Of a stretch of DNA of 64,000 bases, positions 62,001-64,000 are shown one piece after another (position 1 is the stretch's first letter; each line of letters starts with the position of its first letter). The notes under the pieces are model-generated. The model was not told the DNA's origin. It saw only the letters and a program-made list of their open reading frames with translations, and searched no databases. The position numbers and the translations under genes are program-made. The stretch comes from Amphiscolops sp. MND2022 (lineage: Eukaryota), in the NCBI GenBank assembly GCA_964187785.1, contig OZ076416.1, positions 28,520,001 through 28,584,000 of the forward strand, read 5' to 3'.

Positions 62001-63094
62001 CCTGAGGTCCACTTTCCGGCCAGTTTTTCACTGAGAGCGGTTATATGTCTTTCATTTACGAACTGATTAAAACCTCATTGAGAGTGATTTAAGACTTTGC
62101 GTTTTATTGTGGCTATCACAGTTCTATATTTTGACCGAGTTGTTTCAGTAGGGATGTTAATTTGACAGTAATTGCATTATATAGCAGTTGGGTTCAAAAA
62201 GTTTTGTAAAAACTCGTGACCAGATTGAAATTCTTGTAGGTAAATGAACGGGCTAGACCAGCAAAGTGCAAAATCTCCCGAAAAAAACTGATATTTCAAA
62301 ATGAGAGACGTTTTCACGTTTTGCATTTGTCCTATGTTATCCTTGTTTGTTACCCAATTCAGCATTGTTTATTCGGATTAATTTTGTTGACAGAAATATC
62401 ACAAAATTAGCGACGATGGATCTCCTCTGATTAAGAAAAACATTTCTTACTAGAGAGAATCCTTTTTCGCCGCTTCTACAAAGCAGTCTATTGGTACTTG
62501 TGGTGTTGACTGTGCCACGAGAATGAAACTAAACATGTTTTCTCCCCCATCTGAACTCATTCAATAAATTGACCTTGGTCTCTTGAAAGTACCTAGTTTG
62601 TTATCTTCTGTAGTGGTAGAAATTATTGTCATTCCTTCAAGACCGCAGTTGTATTTCATCGAAATGTTTCATGAATTTTCAACACTCTTGCCGTATCTAG
62701 GGGTCTTGTATCATTCAAATATTTGACTTCGAAAATTTTATCTTTCTACTTTTGTGACAGTAACATTGAATGCGAACTTCAACAAAAAACTTTCTGCTGA
62801 AACTAGGCAAGCCAGTACATTTTTTGATGCAACACTTTTTTTTGATTTTTTTCTTCAATACATCCGGTGTGAAATGTTATGAATCATAGCAACTGATCAT
62901 CCTTGTAATCATGGCCTGAACTTGATTCAACTACATCGCAAACTGGTACAGAAGGCTAACGTGTTTAAACTATTTGTGTTTGTTTGCAGTGGTTTCCGTC
63001 ATCAAAAGCAGCAACTGCTCTCACCACCATCATCGACGCAAAAACCGGCGTGAAATTGCACACGGCCGATACTCAGAGTTCACTTGAAGCGTGA
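53074..63094 (+). CDS. CD36/SCARB (class B scavenger receptor, LIMP-2/SR-BI/CD36 family), 512 aa; orthology unresolved
   Basis: Exons 53074-53172, 53799-53956, 55262-55406, 56622-56822, 57522-57909, 59523-59677, 61252-61392, 61805-61951, 62990-63094 (1539 nt, in frame). N-terminal TM; DDWVEPDFPVYMQY; DLLWGY; CNMINGTDGTIFP; ICRS; CYC; SSPHFLYAD; KASKRIQVN; C-terminal TM. Confidence 0.93.
53175..53510. mobile_element. MITE with TTAGCGA subrepeats at the start of SCARB intron 1
   Basis: Right end TTAGCGATGTCAAAACCCTG, left end TAGGG (poor TIR match), flanked by GT on both sides. Confidence 0.45.
54607..54680. repeat. ~20-bp tandem repeat AAAATTCCGAGACGAAAAG (x3-4)
   Basis: Read directly. Confidence 0.7.
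55652..56565 (+). mobile_element. HINE family B copy interrupted by a nested MITE
   Basis: Degenerate 5' hairpin at 55652; 3' AAAGCAGAAATA (56526) plus GCCCC-GCG-GGGGC hairpin. Confidence 0.65.
55910..56375. mobile_element. Nested MITE, TIR CAGGGAC(C/T)GT, apparent 2-bp AT duplication
   Basis: It interrupts CCTGCATTCAAATGCG, which is contiguous in the family B copies near 24343 and 43928. Confidence 0.75.
58804..59229 (+). mobile_element. HINE/DINE-1-like family A copy (SCARB intron 5)
   Basis: 5' AGTCGGCACATTTTAGTAGAAAATGTGCCCGACT; 3' GCGCCGACT at 59202-59210 then GGCCGTCCCGCCTTGTT. Confidence 0.65.
60081..60140 (-). mobile_element. tRNA-derived SINE-like or pseudo-tRNA fragment
   Basis: Reverse complement AGCCAAGTGATTAGAG...AGGTTCGATTCCCG (A- and B-box-like). 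Confidence 0.35.
60341..60404 (-). pseudogene. Degenerate tRNA-Gly(TCC)-like sequence (pseudo-tRNA or SINE head)
   Basis: Reverse complement GCATTGGCTTCCAAAGCAGGAGGACAGGGTTCAAATCTCGCCAG resembles the tRNA-Gly anticodon and T arms, but the stems are broken. Confidence 0.35.
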
Positions 63095-64000
63095 TCAAAT
63101 AACCTGTTATCAAGTCCTTAACAATTGTTATCACCTGGTTACAACTGATTATCATCATTACCAACATATCTCTGAAACCACATGTCTCTGAAAACAGTGA
63201 TGGTCATGTTTCATCTCTTACAAGCTATACCATAAAAGCAAAACTGGTATCAACAATTTGGCAGCTAATTCGTGATTAAAGAAAAGTTGGGAAAAGAAAT
63301 CTTGCGAAGTAGCGTAATGGGAACATCTTCGATATCTCTTGTATGTGTGTGACTATCAATGTCGGATGATCCGAGATGTCATTCTGAGGTCGGTGGAATG
63401 CCAAGTTGAAAGACATGGTACAGAGTGAAGAGTCAGGTCAATTTTACCAGTAGTTTGTTCATATGGCTTCATAATGCTTGTCTTAGTCTGTAGCTAAAAT
63501 CTTGAAATCGGTGCTAAAGTTAGATTGATCAGATGAATTTTTATTTATGATTTGTCTTATTTATTGCCTGTTAGTTTAATCTCTATCGATGCCTTGGTTT
63601 ATTTGAGAGCAATACATTCCAATTCAGCGTCTGAACTAATGCCATTTACTTTAAACATTTGAGTTGTGTTAGCAATAATTTGAAGTAGTTGCTTATGAAA
63701 AATATAATTGAAGTTAAATGAACATGGAATCTCTAATACTATCATATCAAGTGTGCTCTTTAGCTTTCGATTTTATAATTCTCTGGCTCTGAATGAACAA
63801 ATATTGAGAAACTGTGTAACTAAGGATGATGAAAAATTCTACTGTAACAATAGGCCCAGCTTTTGATGTTTCATTTCTTTATGTGGAAACAATTGGACAA
63901 AAAATGTGGCGTTTTATACGGTGCATTCGGTTTTAAATTGACCATTGGCAATGCAAAAACAAAGGACTGCTGTGTTCGAAAAAAGACTCAGCTCTTTGTA

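Overview
Eukaryotic (invertebrate animal) genomic DNA: AT-rich, GT-AG introns, very dense in repeats, with one 200-N assembly gap (11882-12081). The repeat style reminds me of acoel flatworm genomes, but that is an impression I cannot verify. Four intact spliced host genes, all on +, can be reconstructed exon by exon in frame: VAP (16020-21392, 5 exons, 268 aa), copper chaperone for SOD CCS (28561-40676, 3 exons, 230 aa), monothiol glutaredoxin-3/PICOT (40861-43348, 3 exons, 347 aa) and a CD36/SCARB scavenger receptor (53074-63094, 9 exons, 512 aa). The rest is mostly mobile DNA: (1) a BEL/Pao-derived LTR element with a 981-aa ORF but no recognisable RT/RNaseH/integrase motifs; (2) a 5'-truncated RTE-like LINE; (3) a near-intact IS630-Tc1-mariner element with a D-D32E triad; (4) a MULE-like MITE with a 9-bp TSD and an internal foldback; (5) two families of DINE-1/HINE-like non-autonomous Helentron-type elements; (6) CAGGG-ended MITEs; (7) a decayed gag; (8) a 3.7-kb array of a 104-bp satellite with a 1032-bp higher-order duplication. 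No rRNA, intact tRNA or CRISPR array was seen. The best candidate for a new system is the CCS-GLRX3 pair: two metal/redox chaperone genes only 184 bp apart, each with an unpaired TTTCAG acceptor just before the ATG (operon/trans-splicing hypothesis) and each carrying non-canonical active-site features.
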